Shown here piece by piece: positions 27,086-39,967 of a stretch of DNA of 44,276 nucleotides (its first letter is position 1; each line of letters begins with the position of its first letter). Source of the DNA: Streblomastix strix (taxonomy: Eukaryota); NCBI GenBank assembly GCA_008636045.1, contig SNRW01000014.1, forward strand, positions 1-44,276. The letters run 5' to 3'. Made by a program: the position numbers and the translations under genes. The notes under the pieces are model-generated. The model did not search any database and had not been told where the DNA came from. It saw only the letters and a list, made by a program, of their open reading frames with translations.

Positions 27086-30000
27086 TCAATCAATCATCAT
27101 CTTTACGCTATTCAAATTATTACTCACGTTTCCAGCCAAACCAAACAAATTATTATATACTTTATTCTTATTATTATCATCATATTAATCATCTTATTCA
27201 TTATCATTTATATCATTATTATCACCAATATTATCATCTGAATCAGATTCGGTTCTGAATTTAGAGAAAAACATTTACAGAATATTTCTACTTCTGTTTC
27301 TTATCAATCTTTTCAGATCATTTGGCGATTTGGGGCTATTCCATTATTCTTATTATTTTTACTGATTTTGATTATTTTCTTTTGTATCTGAATCAAATGA
27401 TGATGAAGAAAATGAATAAGTTGATTCTGACTAATCCGAATACTGAAATGGAACGTTGAGTTGTGACAGTTATTCAAGTAGTGGAAGACCACCAAATTTT
27501 ATGATTTGAATCGTGAATGGATTTTAAATTAAATTTTCGTTTTCTTCTTTGATCATTTAAGTTGGTTATTTGAGGGATCCAAGAATAAAATTATTATCCT
27601 GATCGTTATCGCTGCTTTCTTCAGAATCTTACTCTTAATTATCTTCATTATTCTTATCAATTTATATAAAATTTTCATTTTATTATTCTTCTTATTTTTC
27701 TTATTCATTCTCATTATTGTCTGTTACAATTTTCTACTTCAACAAAAACTTCACCCTTTCTCCGAAAATCAACAAAGATTCAATCGCATCCAAACAAACA
27801 TTCTGTATTTATGGATCATCTGACATTCTCAGCCCAGAAATGAAGGCAATAATTGGCAAAGGAGATAAAATTGATATGAATGAGAAATCTTCGTTTATTA
27901 TTGGTGATTATAATCCTTAATTGGATTATGATGCTTATGACAATTATGGTTATGATTATGATGAAATTGATTATTTTTATTATTAACTATCAGATCCAAA
28001 TAATACTTATGTTATTGTTTGTTATTATATAGATTAATTTACTGGAGATTATTATTGTTATTATTAAATTGAAGACTATTAATTGATCTGAGATGTAAAT
28101 AGATTGAAGTTATTGTTTTATTAAATTGCAGGTTGAATGTCAACTTAAACTTCTTTTATATCTTTATTTATTACATTAATATTATCATCCTTTTCCAATT
28201 AACTTGAATTTATTAAACTGATTTTTTTAAACACTTTAATTAAATGTTCATCTTTTGCATGTGCAATATTAGCCAGAAGCCAAATTGCTTCTGTTCTTAA
28301 ACGTCGAGGTTTCGGCTCAAGTAATTTACTTAAAATATCTTATTACAAATTTGTGCATGTTTAATTGTCAGACATCCAATTAATATCAAATAGGCCTTTT
28401 GAAATCAATTACACTGTTTCTTCAGGACAGGCGATGCATAACGAGGTTTATACAATACCGGAGTTAATTACATATCCGATGTTGATAAATTCATCTGTTG
28501 CTATATTGGCAAATGCTTTCAAAGCTAATGATTGTATTTCTGTTGATTATTTAAAATTATTATTAATTACTTTATTGATTTATTCATTTTCATTCACTTA
28601 TTCTGATTCAATTTAAATTTAGCTTTATTATTCGCTTTCTTTCAATTAATCAATTTATCCTATATTCTCATCTATATTAGTAATATTCCCATTATCAGCA
28701 AATCTATCAAAATCAAAGAGAACAATTTAATGAAGTTGTTTCAAAATTCCAGCTTTGATGAACTTAAGGACAACGCTTTCTTCTCCGACTGAACATTCAA
28801 CAATTAAGCCAAGTGCAGAATGTAATGTAGATTATTATTATGAAGATGATTATTATTATGAAGATGATTATTATTATAATTATTAAATTGACGATTATTC
28901 AACAAATGAAGTATTTGATTAATTTAATGATGAAGAATTAACAAATGGAGAAGCTGGTAAAGAAAATAATGTTTGTGCTTAATCTGGTTGAGATTAATTA
29001 GATGGCTCTACACTTTCTTATTAAATTAAATTGATTGTTAATAGTATTTTATTTCTATTAACAAACGAACTCAACAATTCAACTAAACATTGTGCCCCAC
29101 CATTATTAACAAACAGTTTCAGCAGTGAAGCATATGAATAAATCCTCCTTTAATCATTCAACTTCTTTTATCTCTTCTTACTTATATACAATTATTTATC
29201 ATCATCATAATCTAATCCATCATCTTCAATTATCTGCCCTTTATTTTTTATCTTCTTTGCTTCATTGAATTATAACTGTTGTTGCTTAATCCAGTATAAT
29301 TACCATACATTTGCTATTAGTAATATGATGTTTATGAATAAGAAGATAATGATTACGAAACTCCAAACCCAACAGTGCTATTAACAAGACTTCCACAAAG
29401 TTGATTGATATTATCAGTACTTGCAAACCCCCAATTATTAGAATACCAATCATCACTATTCTTATTATTGATTCGGCCGCTGTTATCACCAGATATTGCA
29501 TGTTGCAGTAAATCTAACAGTAAAGCAGTAGCAGGTAAGTTTATATGGTTGTGTATCAGTTCAGAGAGTATACGAATTAATTGTGGCATATTTTCAGCGA
29601 TTACGCGAAGAACTTCGATGTTTAGTGGTGGTTTTGAAAATGAAGAAAAGAAGAGTAAAATTGATGCAAACAAGTTGCTGTTCAAGTTGTTAATGTTTAA
29701 TTCAGTGTCAGTTTATGTGAAATCTATTTCAACTCCTGATATTTGTCTTGGGCGAATGAATTATAGTAAGATTTGAGTGCATTATGAAACTGCACCACAT
29801 GCACTGATAATATCACGCATATCCTCTGTTATGGATGATATTAAAGCCAATATTTGTATTGATAATTCAACTATGTCTGAATTATTACAAGAAATGAAGC
29901 TACTTAAAATTGGTGTTATTTCTGAATGGGCAAGACTAAGCGTTTTGTCTGAAGACCCAGACTAAACTACAGAAATTCAATAGATTGGATACGTAAATAA

Positions 30001-30527
30001 AATAGTGTAATATAGCAAACATATAATATAAATCAATTGCAGCAGTTTCACAAAAATTTCACTTTTGTTCTGCTATTTTAGGAGCTGTATAGCAATGCCT
30101 GCAAAATTGTATGAAATGAGCGCAGCTATTTCATCTTCGCCTTAATTAATATTGATTTTAAATTGATTTTAAAGAAATTATAAATATTCATACCACATTC
30201 TGCTAACTATTATAATTAATTAAGTGCACTTTAAACGGAAACAAGCTGGTCGCTTTGAATTTCGGTAAAAAGTCTAGGTATCTCATCGATCTGAAAATTA
30301 ATTAGGTTATCATGAATCATTATAATCTCAAAAAATTAAACCTTTGCAGAATTATCCTAATTTATGGACTTTGACACTCTAAGAGAGGCAAGAGCTACAT
30401 TTCGTTTTTCGCGTCGATTGCGTTGAAACTCGCTTTCGCGCCGTTTTTATTAATCATGTTTCGAGCTCTCGTTAGTATTTTCAGAGAATCTAGCCTATTG
30501 CCGTTCACTTACGCCTAGTTAGTTCAT
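27086..30527 (-). CDS. Divergent importin-alpha (karyopherin alpha)-like protein with IBB-like N-terminus, ARM repeats and Q/N-rich insertions; at least 3 introns (30341-30291, 30193-30141, ~30020-29968)
   Basis: MNQLGVSERQQARF...QQKRRESEFQRNRREKRNVAL is IBB-like. IFQSGSSDKTLSLAHSEITPILSSFISCNNSDIVELSIQILALISSITEDMRDIISACGAV parallels importin-alpha ARM2-3. EIQSLALKAFANIAT and RLRTEAIWLLANIA parallel later ARM repeats. Stop TGA at 27088-27086. Confidence 0.8.
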
Positions 30528-30626
30528 TGCAGTTTGAGCGTTTTTTTGAATATAGTGAAATTAAATGATCAAGCAATTCCTGAAATAAAAATAAATATTT
30601 ATTTATAATGCATGTATATTAGATGC

Positions 30627-32989
30627 TCATTACTTTTATGAATTGCTGTTCTTCTTAATTTTTAACGAACCGGGCTCCACGATAAACAGCAGCAAGATCA
30701 AAGCATGGCAAGTGAAGAACACAACACAATTTATGAACATTGTGAAAAATTCACTATATCCCTTCAATTCAATCAAGTATGATATGCGAACCCACCAGAA
30801 CTACAAGCATATAAACAAATATATCAGTTAATTAGATAAATATAAAAGTATATAAATAATAATATTAATTAATAATAATAAACCTGAACTGCTTACCAAA
30901 CAGCAAAAAGAATCGGTGTAACTTTTGATTTGGCCAGTGGAGCAAAAGGAAGTGCAAGAGGAAGAAGAGAGAAGTACCATACAAAGTACTGGATAGAAAA
31001 TAATATAAATAAAATTATGGATTAAACAAAATAAATACATATAAATAAATAAAATAATTAATAAATTTAATATATCAATTTAATTATATAATAATAAAAA
31101 ATATGAAATACTTGTACAGTGGACACTTTGTTGAACATAACAAACGAAAGAACAATGGAGAAAAGACAAAGTGGAAGTTTGCGGAAGAGTTTTAATGATA
31201 GAGCGACCCATAGGATAATTTGTGGGAGAAAAAAAGCAATACTGAAGAATTTACTGTGAAAATGGAGTTATTTGTATAATAATGATATATATAAAGAATA
31301 ACATAAATATTAAATAAATAAAAAATTATTTATAAATTTAACATAATATCTATTATTAAATATAAATATGATTAATATAAATATTTCAGCATAAATACCT
31401 TACACTACTAGCAGCTGACGACTCTTTCAAATATAGGAAGAGCCAAAACAATGAAAAGTTGTGTCTAACATCAGTTCGTGTTACATGATATAAGAATTGC
31501 TCAAATATGCATTGAAATCCATATCTGGTATGAATTATATGTTTAATAAATGAAATTGAAATAAATTAGTCAATTTATATAAATAAATGAATAAATAACT
31601 AAAAAATTAACTAATTTACATAAATACATGTTTAAATATAGAATAGAATAATAAAATAATATTAATACAAACTTGAAGTAGAAGAAAGCTGTAATAACAA
31701 CAAATGTGGAAAATGAAATAATTGTGAATTGAATTCTATACTTCAATGCTTTGATGAGCTATATGAAAAATTATATAAATATTTTAAATTGTTTTATTAA
31801 AAAAATTAATTTTTAATATTAATATTTAATAAAATCAATATAATATAAAAAAATCTATAAAATCAAACCTTCACAACAAACTATTTCGACTTATCCACAA
31901 CTGTCCCAACATCCTTCACAATTTAATCATCATTATTTCTATCAGTCTTTTCAGCGTCTTCTGATATATCAGATTTCTCATCTCTAGAAGTTGATCTTCT
32001 ATTTATATTCTTGTTCCTGTTCTTAGATCCAAGTTGTTTATAACTTTCAACCCAATTGTTGTCCAATCGGAGAACAAAAGGTAATGAGAAGAGTATTGGG
32101 TAGATCTTGACATGCACAGCGAGACCGAAGCTTTGTTGGAAGTGTGAGGAGTGTATAAGAATATATAATATGATATATAAGAAGGTGAAATTATTGTATG
32201 TATTTATAATGGAAATAAACAAACATTTAATAAATATTATTGTAATAATATCTTAATAATGATTATTTATAAATAATCATACAATATCGCAGATATAGTT
32301 ACTTTCCTCTTCAAGAAATAGTACAGCGTAGCCAGTGCAAAGAAAGTAACAATCGACTCTGAGCTACCTCTTGTTGAAACATTGATAACAATTGGATTGA
32401 AAAGCCAAAGTGACGTATTCAGAAGAATCTCATTTGAGTTGAGTCTCAATTTGAGTGGATCTTCTTTTAAGATCAAATAAATGAACCATCCGCAAGCTAA
32501 ATCGAGTGCGCAGAAAACGATCTTGCCAAATGCGATGTTGAACAGCACGTTTGGAATCATTAGGTAGGAACTTATTAAAATATGTAGATCATTAATTAAT
32601 GAAGAAATATATTATATAATAAATAAAAATATATTATATAATAAATATAAATATATTTAAGTTCAAATAACTAATATTTACACAAACTATATAGGAGAAT
32701 ATCTATATGTGGATCTGTAGAATGGGGATTGGCCTTCTACTGCATATTTCGAGCCTTCCGTGAGGACGGTATAATCAATGTCTGTATATTTCAACTCCAC
32801 TGAAAAACATTGAAAATTAATAAATACGTTAAAATTTGTAAGAATTCAAAGCACACTCTTTGAATCGTGCCAGAGGCCATACACAATAAGAGCTAGTCTT
32901 ATGGCGAATGCTCCAAAAAAGATTGTTCGAATCAGTGGATTCTTTTCAATTATTTAATTTCCTCTTACTTGTTTATTGCTCTAGAACAT
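30627..32989 (-). CDS. PIGM: GPI mannosyltransferase I (PIG-M/Gpi14), ~9 exons
   Basis: Spliced motifs: RLALIVYGLWHD, LKYTDIDY (DxD), SPFYRSTYRYSP, WLFNPIVINVSTRGSSES, FGLAVHVKIYP, YHVTRTDVRHNFS, FVMFNKVSTVQ/YFVWY. Ends KKNSNSQKQ-TGA. Confidence 0.95.
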
Positions 32990-33439
32990 TAAATTCCTTA
33001 GTAAAATGATATAGATAAATAAAATTTTATTTTTAATAGATAAACTATCCTAAAAAATAAAAAGATAATCATTTATTTAAAAAAATAAAAAATAAAAAAG
33101 TAATTTTAACGGCAATTTAGCAAAATAATTATTAATAATTGTATTAATTGAGTATTATCAGGTATTCATATTAGATATTGTATGCAATATTGGATATTGT
33201 TAGGATGAATATAATGCAATTCGATATTTCTCGTTTTAAAATTTGTTTAGTAAATTCTTGGGTTGTATAATTTAAATTTTAATTAATAGTCTATTATAAA
33301 GATCGTGATTATAATTTTTAAATGAAAATTATTTTAAAATTATTAATTTAAGTTTTTTTATACCAAAAAATTGATATTTTACTATATGATTTGAATTTGA
33401 AATATTAAACATATGATAGTAACAATCTATTGAAATTTT

Positions 33440-34015
33440 GAAGATGTGAATTCAAATAATCAGAGCCCATAAGATAAAACCAGTCAAGAAAACTATAGAA
33501 TAGACTTTATCTTTATAGAGATACAGATGAAGATTTCAGTTTTGAAGATTTCGAATAAAATTATATTAGCAATGAGGATCAGTCTGATGATTAGGAGATT
33601 TCAATTTAAATTTTGTCCGATGTAGCAAAAACTTTTCGGCAAGTAGAAGATCTTGAAGATACCATCATTGACCTAAAAAAATATTTATTAACAAATTTGA
33701 ATTGTTGATGAACAAATCGCTCATATTTATCATGAATTGTCGATGAAAGACTGACATACCTTGAATGATAACAATATTAAAAACAATTCAACAATCGAAG
33801 TAGAAATCATTTAATAGTATTAAACCAAAATTTATGTTTGAACTAATTTGCATTTGCAATTGTAACTTTTCTATTTCTTTCAATGATGAAAACCATTATT
33901 GATTATATTTTTAATTTACTATTGGATTAAATCATTCATTCCATAAGTGAACTTTCAATTTAGTTACGAATTGAATGACAATAAATAAAAACTAATTAAT
34001 AAATCAATCAAACTC
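33440..34015 (+). pseudogene. Degraded coding-like remnant (acidic) flanking the DIRS left end
   Basis: Coding-like frame FEDFEQNYISNEDQSDDQEISIQILSDVAKTFRQVEDLEDTIIDLKKYLL, followed by several in-frame TGAs. No recognisable domain. Confidence 0.35.
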
Positions 34016-34037
34016 AATGATCTCCTAAAGGAGATTA

Positions 34038-34168
34038 TTGTAGTCCATCTCCTTCGAAGACTCTTGCTCCACCCCTTTATTTTGAGATTACCAAATGGGC
34101 CGCCGGGACTGGGTGCTCCGTTGAGCTGCCCATCCCTATGGGTCGGTCATTTGAAAAATAAGAAAGCG
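34038..34168 (+). repeat. DIRS left inverted terminal repeat
   Basis: gactcttgctccacccctttattttgagattaccaaatgggccgccgggactgggtgctccgttgagctgcccatccctatgggtcgg is the near-perfect reverse complement of ~42410-42500. Confidence 0.95.
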
Positions 34169-34172
34169 AACC

Positions 34173-37100
34173 ATGACGCAAGCAAGTGGTTAAAACGCGC
34201 AGGCATTGTTCACACACCTCCGCGATGGAGCTGGTCTCAATACGACACTGAGCTAACCGCTAGTGGACGGCAAGGATGCGAACGGGAGCGATCCCAACGT
34301 ATTTGCGAACGACCGCGAGATTGCAGTGACAGACGCCGACGCTGGACCTGCACTGAGGACGCCGCCGATGCAGGAGATATAATTTTTTATCATGAGGTTC
34401 ATGGAACTCCTAACCGGGCGGAACGCTTTAGCAATAGATTTTTGGGCGAATCCAATCGCACAAGCGCAGATATGGGACTACAAGGCGCGAACTTTGCATG
34501 CACCAGAGGTAACAAGACACGCAGAGGTACCACCGCACCAATTCTTGAACAACGCCGCGATCAGCCGAGTGGACGGATATATTCAGATTTTATAGTTTCA
34601 AATCCTGATGCTGTACAAGCTGACAATACTTTCGATTCAACATGTACTAGAAGGGAACACGAAAGAGACATTGACTTACCTAGGAGGCATGTGTGCTGCA
34701 CTACTGCGCTTCGCAGAAAGGTCAACTTACATCCGGATACAGATGATGGAAGGCGCTTAAGGGGTCTAATAATTTGATACGGGCTATAATGGAGTCATGT
34801 CACACTCAATTCAACCATTGCATGCTTTGAGACTGATATAAGGACAGGGCAGTCAGGACCTAGTTAACCCGCAAGCAGGCCAATACTCCGCAACTGCGAT
34901 GGGACCAGGATAATAGATTCCACAGCTGGTGACGTTTACACCAACCTGGATCATATAGCAATTTTATTCAGGACAGCTGATACCAAGATCATTGATATAA
35001 TAGCCATTCCAGGGGTTTGGTATGTACCCAGAAGTACAACAATTTCAAAGTTTTCCGTAAACAGGCCTTTTCCAACAGTCCCAAACTTCTTCAGGCTATA
35101 GCATATAATTATACAGATAGCCAAGTATCACTGAAGGCTTACCATAGTTCATGTAGAGTTCACCGACATTTGGTGCATAATAAACACAATAATCTAATTT
35201 ATTAACCCCACCGGCACCAAGCTCAGCAGGCCATCCAGCCTTTTAATCAAGCTTGCAGAGCTAGAATCCTGAGTAACTGAATTAACAATATAATCAGCTA
35301 CCCATAATTAGACCACCAACACTTATACAACAACAAAATCAGGTTTAAGAACCTAAATACGTGAATGGAAGACTAATAGATTCACCTGGAACAGCCCTAT
35401 CAAGGAGAATTACAAAAGACTAATAGCCATTATGGAATAGTGAAAGCTTACAGAGAACAGATTAGAGCTAGGTCACTCCAATAGACCCTCCAGAATTAAC
35501 AATAAATATGACTTAATAATAATTTAATGCGCATTGAGATTTCTGGGCACATAGAAGTTACGCATTAAGATATGTAGGGCTGAGAGCTAACGGAGAACAC
35601 TACAGAGGATTTGGAGAGGGTCTCCTGAATGTGAGTGTCTTCATCCAGAGACACGCCAGACACGAATACATAACAATTAGCGAATGGAAAGCATTTTGGA
35701 GAGAAGTAGATACAGACATATACTTAGATACTGTATGAATGGAATTAGACGAAGATGATAACCACCACCATCACCATGATCATGATCACGATCACGACCA
35801 TAATCATAGACACGAAAGAGATCGAGACGATAGAGACGATTAATTAGATTTGGGAAGAGGTAGAAAGAGAAGAAGAGTAATTTCAAGTGAAGGTTCGGGA
35901 AATAGATAGAATAATGATGATTGGGCGATAGGTTTACACCGCGAAGTTTAGAGATAACAACTAAGATAATTTAGGATTCGACGCAATAGAATAGAACAAG
36001 TCTGACCTCCAATCCAGACAGTTTCAGGAGCACCAGTCTACTTGCCAGGTCTCCGAGCAGTTCAGGAGGAAGCCTTTCGCGTAGCGAACCATATCTCTCC
36101 TAACCTTGATGAAGAAAGCACTGTTTCTTGGACAAGTGCAGAATCAATCAATCAAGAGAGTGATACATCAAATGCGAACTTTCGAACAGCCGGACAATTA
36201 CTCGTTGCATAAGATAATTAACAGTAAATGAATTAATAAGTGAATATTCAAATCTAATAATAGATAAATTAACTTCACGAAGTTAATAGAGAAATATAAA
36301 TTCAATAACAGGAAGTTACAGTTAATTACACATAAGATGAATAGAGATAATAGATAGATGTTATAGATCTGGAGTAGAACATTCAGTAGTTGATATAGGA
36401 CATCCTAAGGAATGAATAGGAAAATATAAATAACGAAACTGAATAAGCTACCCAAGCAGGTGCAACCCGTACATTTTAAACAGAAGCACTTAACAATTTA
36501 TAACATCAATAAACAGGATAAAATGATGATCTGAATAACATGGCAGAACAAAATCCATTATAATCTGTAGAAAGTTTCACAGGATTGCTTAATCTAACTC
36601 ACAAAACTTTATTGTCAGAAACAGGATCTCTGAATGAATAATAACAGTAGCTATCCTTATCATTATTGCCATCATCATCATCATTATTATAAACTAAATA
36701 AAATTAACAACCAAGTCAGAAATAATACTTATTTGTAACAGACCCTAACCATCAATTCATCAAGGGTGTTTAATAATCTAAATACATCCCAATAGAATAA
36801 GCTGTTAACCACTTACCATTACTTTCAGAAGACCCAAAAACATAAGTCGAAATTAAAGTATATACGGGAGAACAAGTCTAATACATAATTAAGATGGAAT
36901 AAGATGAGAAATTCCAAAACATGATGGATAATATGATGAATAAACTTCAGGGTCACTCGAATGAAGATGAGGCTATGAGACTGCGAATGCAATTACTAAG
37001 CAAATTATCACCTGAGGAATAATTGAGAGTGAAAAGAGGGTTTGGACCATAAATAAGACTATTATCCTTCTATGAATCCCAAATACTGAGAAAGATAACT

Positions 37101-37532
37101 CAAAAGAATAATAATCCAATTCATATTGACACAGGATGGGATTTTGGAAGTGGAACAGGTGAATAACAAGATGAATTTCAAGAAGACTTTATGAATTAGT
37201 CCTAATTATTAGAGATTAGACCGCTGGGTAAAAGCAGCAAGAAACATAAGTATAGAAAAACATTAGAGGAGTTAGAAAAAGCAAAGAAACAATTAAGCAT
37301 AAACATTATGGTAGTACAATAATTAGGTATTGGACAGTCATCTTGGACCATTTTTTGGTTAGATGAACTATCTGGGACCGCCATGGAGGGCCCCAGACAA
37401 GTCAAACATAAAACTGAGATCGAGACAACCCACCAGTAGAAGGCAAAAGACAGTTTCTCTAACATAAACAACTCCACAGAGTTAGACTACACCTTACCCG
37501 AACTAGTATTAAAGCTCAATTTTGAATGTTGA
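34173..37532 (+). pseudogene. DIRS ORF1 (Gag-position protein), >1,100 codons, Q/P-rich with a His/Asp tract; in-frame TGAs at 35535, 35736 and 36003
   Basis: ATG 34173 immediately follows the left ITR. One code-6 frame (containing ORF-track piece 34392) continues to ~37530. The Gag assignment rests on position only. Confidence 0.7.
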
Positions 37533-37705
37533 TCTTATGGGAATAATTACAAATCCATTCTCAATTCCGAAAGGAATGTAACATCAATAGATTGCAGGAG
37601 AGGCAGCATAGGTTTTTCAAGCACCCGGAGAGACCTTTTCAACAGATGGAAACTTAAGAAAGGTGGCATCTTCTACAGACAGCATAGCTTCGGGCTAAGT
37701 AGGGG

Positions 37706-39967
37706 TTGCTGGAACAGAATCATTATATATTTAGACAATACCTTCTACACAACTCCAGGGAAATCCTGATCGTGAACCCAAAGTGGGAAAGAAAGGAGGA
37801 AGAACACCTGTCGGAAGTAAAGCCACAAGCACAAATACTTCTGTTGTCGCAAACTAGAACTAAAGTGAAGACTAGCAGCGCTGACAGCCAGGAGCGAGCC
37901 CCCGGACGGTTCCAACTAATGGTAACTCAGAATGGAACAAAAGAGGAGATTCATACTCTAGAAATCTTTCCTAGGACCCCAATGGAGGAAATACTACAAC
38001 CACAACCAGACACAGGAATGGGGGGAAAAACAATTCGTTACCTAGAGACATGGAAATTAGTGAAGGAAATGGAGTTCATACAAAAGGGGTTTTTCCTTCT
38101 ATTTAAGAACGAGGATAGCGAGAAGAGATTGTAAGAGAGACAGAGAATTTGTCCGTTCTCGGGCTCAAGAGAAGAGGAAATAGCATACATAGAGAAATTG
38201 GAGGAAGAATTAAGAGAAAACATAATAAAATAAATATATCCAGATCAGGCTAAGTGGTTTAATCCAACATTTATAATTCCGAAGCCTCACTAGAAATGGA
38301 GGAAAATTCTGGATGCGAGCGCACAGAATAAAGAAATACAAACGATTCATTTAAGATGAATTGAATAGATCAAGTGAAAGATTTGATAAGGAAAGGAGAC
38401 TGGGCAACAAGTTTAGATCTAAAATCAGCCTTTCACCATCTAGCAGTATATCCACCACACAGACCATACCTAGCATTCGAAGCAATGGGGAAAGTTTATT
38501 AATATAGAGCAATGCCGTTTGGAACTCAGCACTTACCAATCTTCTTCGCACAAGCACTAGCAATGGTTCTAATGAAGATACGAAGAGAGTCAGACATAAG
38601 AATTCTGAATTACGTAGACGATCTGCTCCTCCTACATTAGAACAAAGAAAGATTGTGAAAATAAATCTTGATAATCTTGAAAATTTTGGAAGCATTTGGT
38701 TGGACAATAGCTTAGGAAAAATGTGAAATAGAACCAAAACAATTGATTAACTTTCTAGTGTGGACTTGGGGCTTGAAAAGATGTAAATAAAGATGACAGA
38801 CCTAAGAAAACAGGAACTACGCTATTAATTAAGGAAATTTATCAGCCTAACATAGAGACAAATCCCGATTAAAACAATACATCTAACATCAATAATAAGC
38901 AAGCTGAATTTTTTAAGAGTCCAAGTAAGAGAAGCTTCTCTCTACCTAAAATTAATGGACTCAGCAAAAACGAGAGCATTGAAGAACAAGAAATTGAAAG
39001 AGAATATGATTCTACCTAACGAAATCCTTCAAGAGCTCTATTAGTGGTAGTGAGTGATAGGGAAGAACTAAGAAATGACATTAGAAATGAAGATTCCAGA
39101 GGCAGTGATGGTATCAAACGCATCCCCGAAAGGCTGGGGAGTGACTCTGGAACTACAAACAGGAGATACTTTAGTCCAACATGGAGAATGGAACAAGGAA
39201 CAGAAGAAGTAGACAAGTAATAAGAAGGATATGGAAGCCATATTCTTAGGACTATTCCGTTACGGATAAGTCTTTAAAGAGCTGCAAATCAATGCGATCC
39301 TCTTCAAGTCAGACAGCTCTACTGCAGTATAAGATTTAGCAAAACAAAGAGCAGGTGAAACTCTAGTAGCGGTAGTGAAGAAAATAGTTAAGCTATATCA
39401 ACAACTGAAAATACAAACTCAGACATAACACATTCCAGGAATCTCAAACAAGGTAACAGACGCATTAAGTAGGTTAAGTACCCAGGGCGATTATTCGTTA
39501 AAGAAAGAAATATTCATAGCCCTGTATCAAGCGTGGGAGATAATACCAACATTGGACTTGTTCGCAATAGGGAAAAATAAACTCGTGGATAGATTCGTGG
39601 CAATAGGAGAGGAAGAGAAAGGGGCAGAATGGTTGAACGCATTTTTGAGACTATGGAAGGAAGAGATCTTTTGGATTCACCCTCCAATTCCAAAGAATGG
39701 AAAAGCCCTGATCACTTGGGAAAAGTTTAAACCAAAGTCAATCATGATAGCACCTTGGTGGCCAGGTCAAATATGATTCACGTCCTTACTAACAGGCAGC
39801 AGTAAATACCTTATTCTTGGAGAGAGCTCTCTGATTCTGAACCCGGGAAGGTGATGATGAAGAAGAAGGACATGCTACCACCAGGAAAAATCGAGGCATT
39901 CCTCATGGTCCAAGAGTCGATTAAGGGAGAAAATTATTAACAGAGTATTTAGACAACATAATCATGA
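37706..39967 (+). pseudogene. DIRS pol: reverse transcriptase, RNase H and Dam-like methyltransferase domain; frameshifted with stops
   Basis: RT: WFNPTFIIPKPHQKWRKILD, SLDLKSAFHH, YRAMPFG, NYVDDLLL (YVDD at 38611-38622). RNase H: VSNASPKGWG, KSDSSTAV, HIPGISNKVTDALSRL. MT: LDLFA...FWIHPPIP...IAPWWPGQI. Confidence 0.93.
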
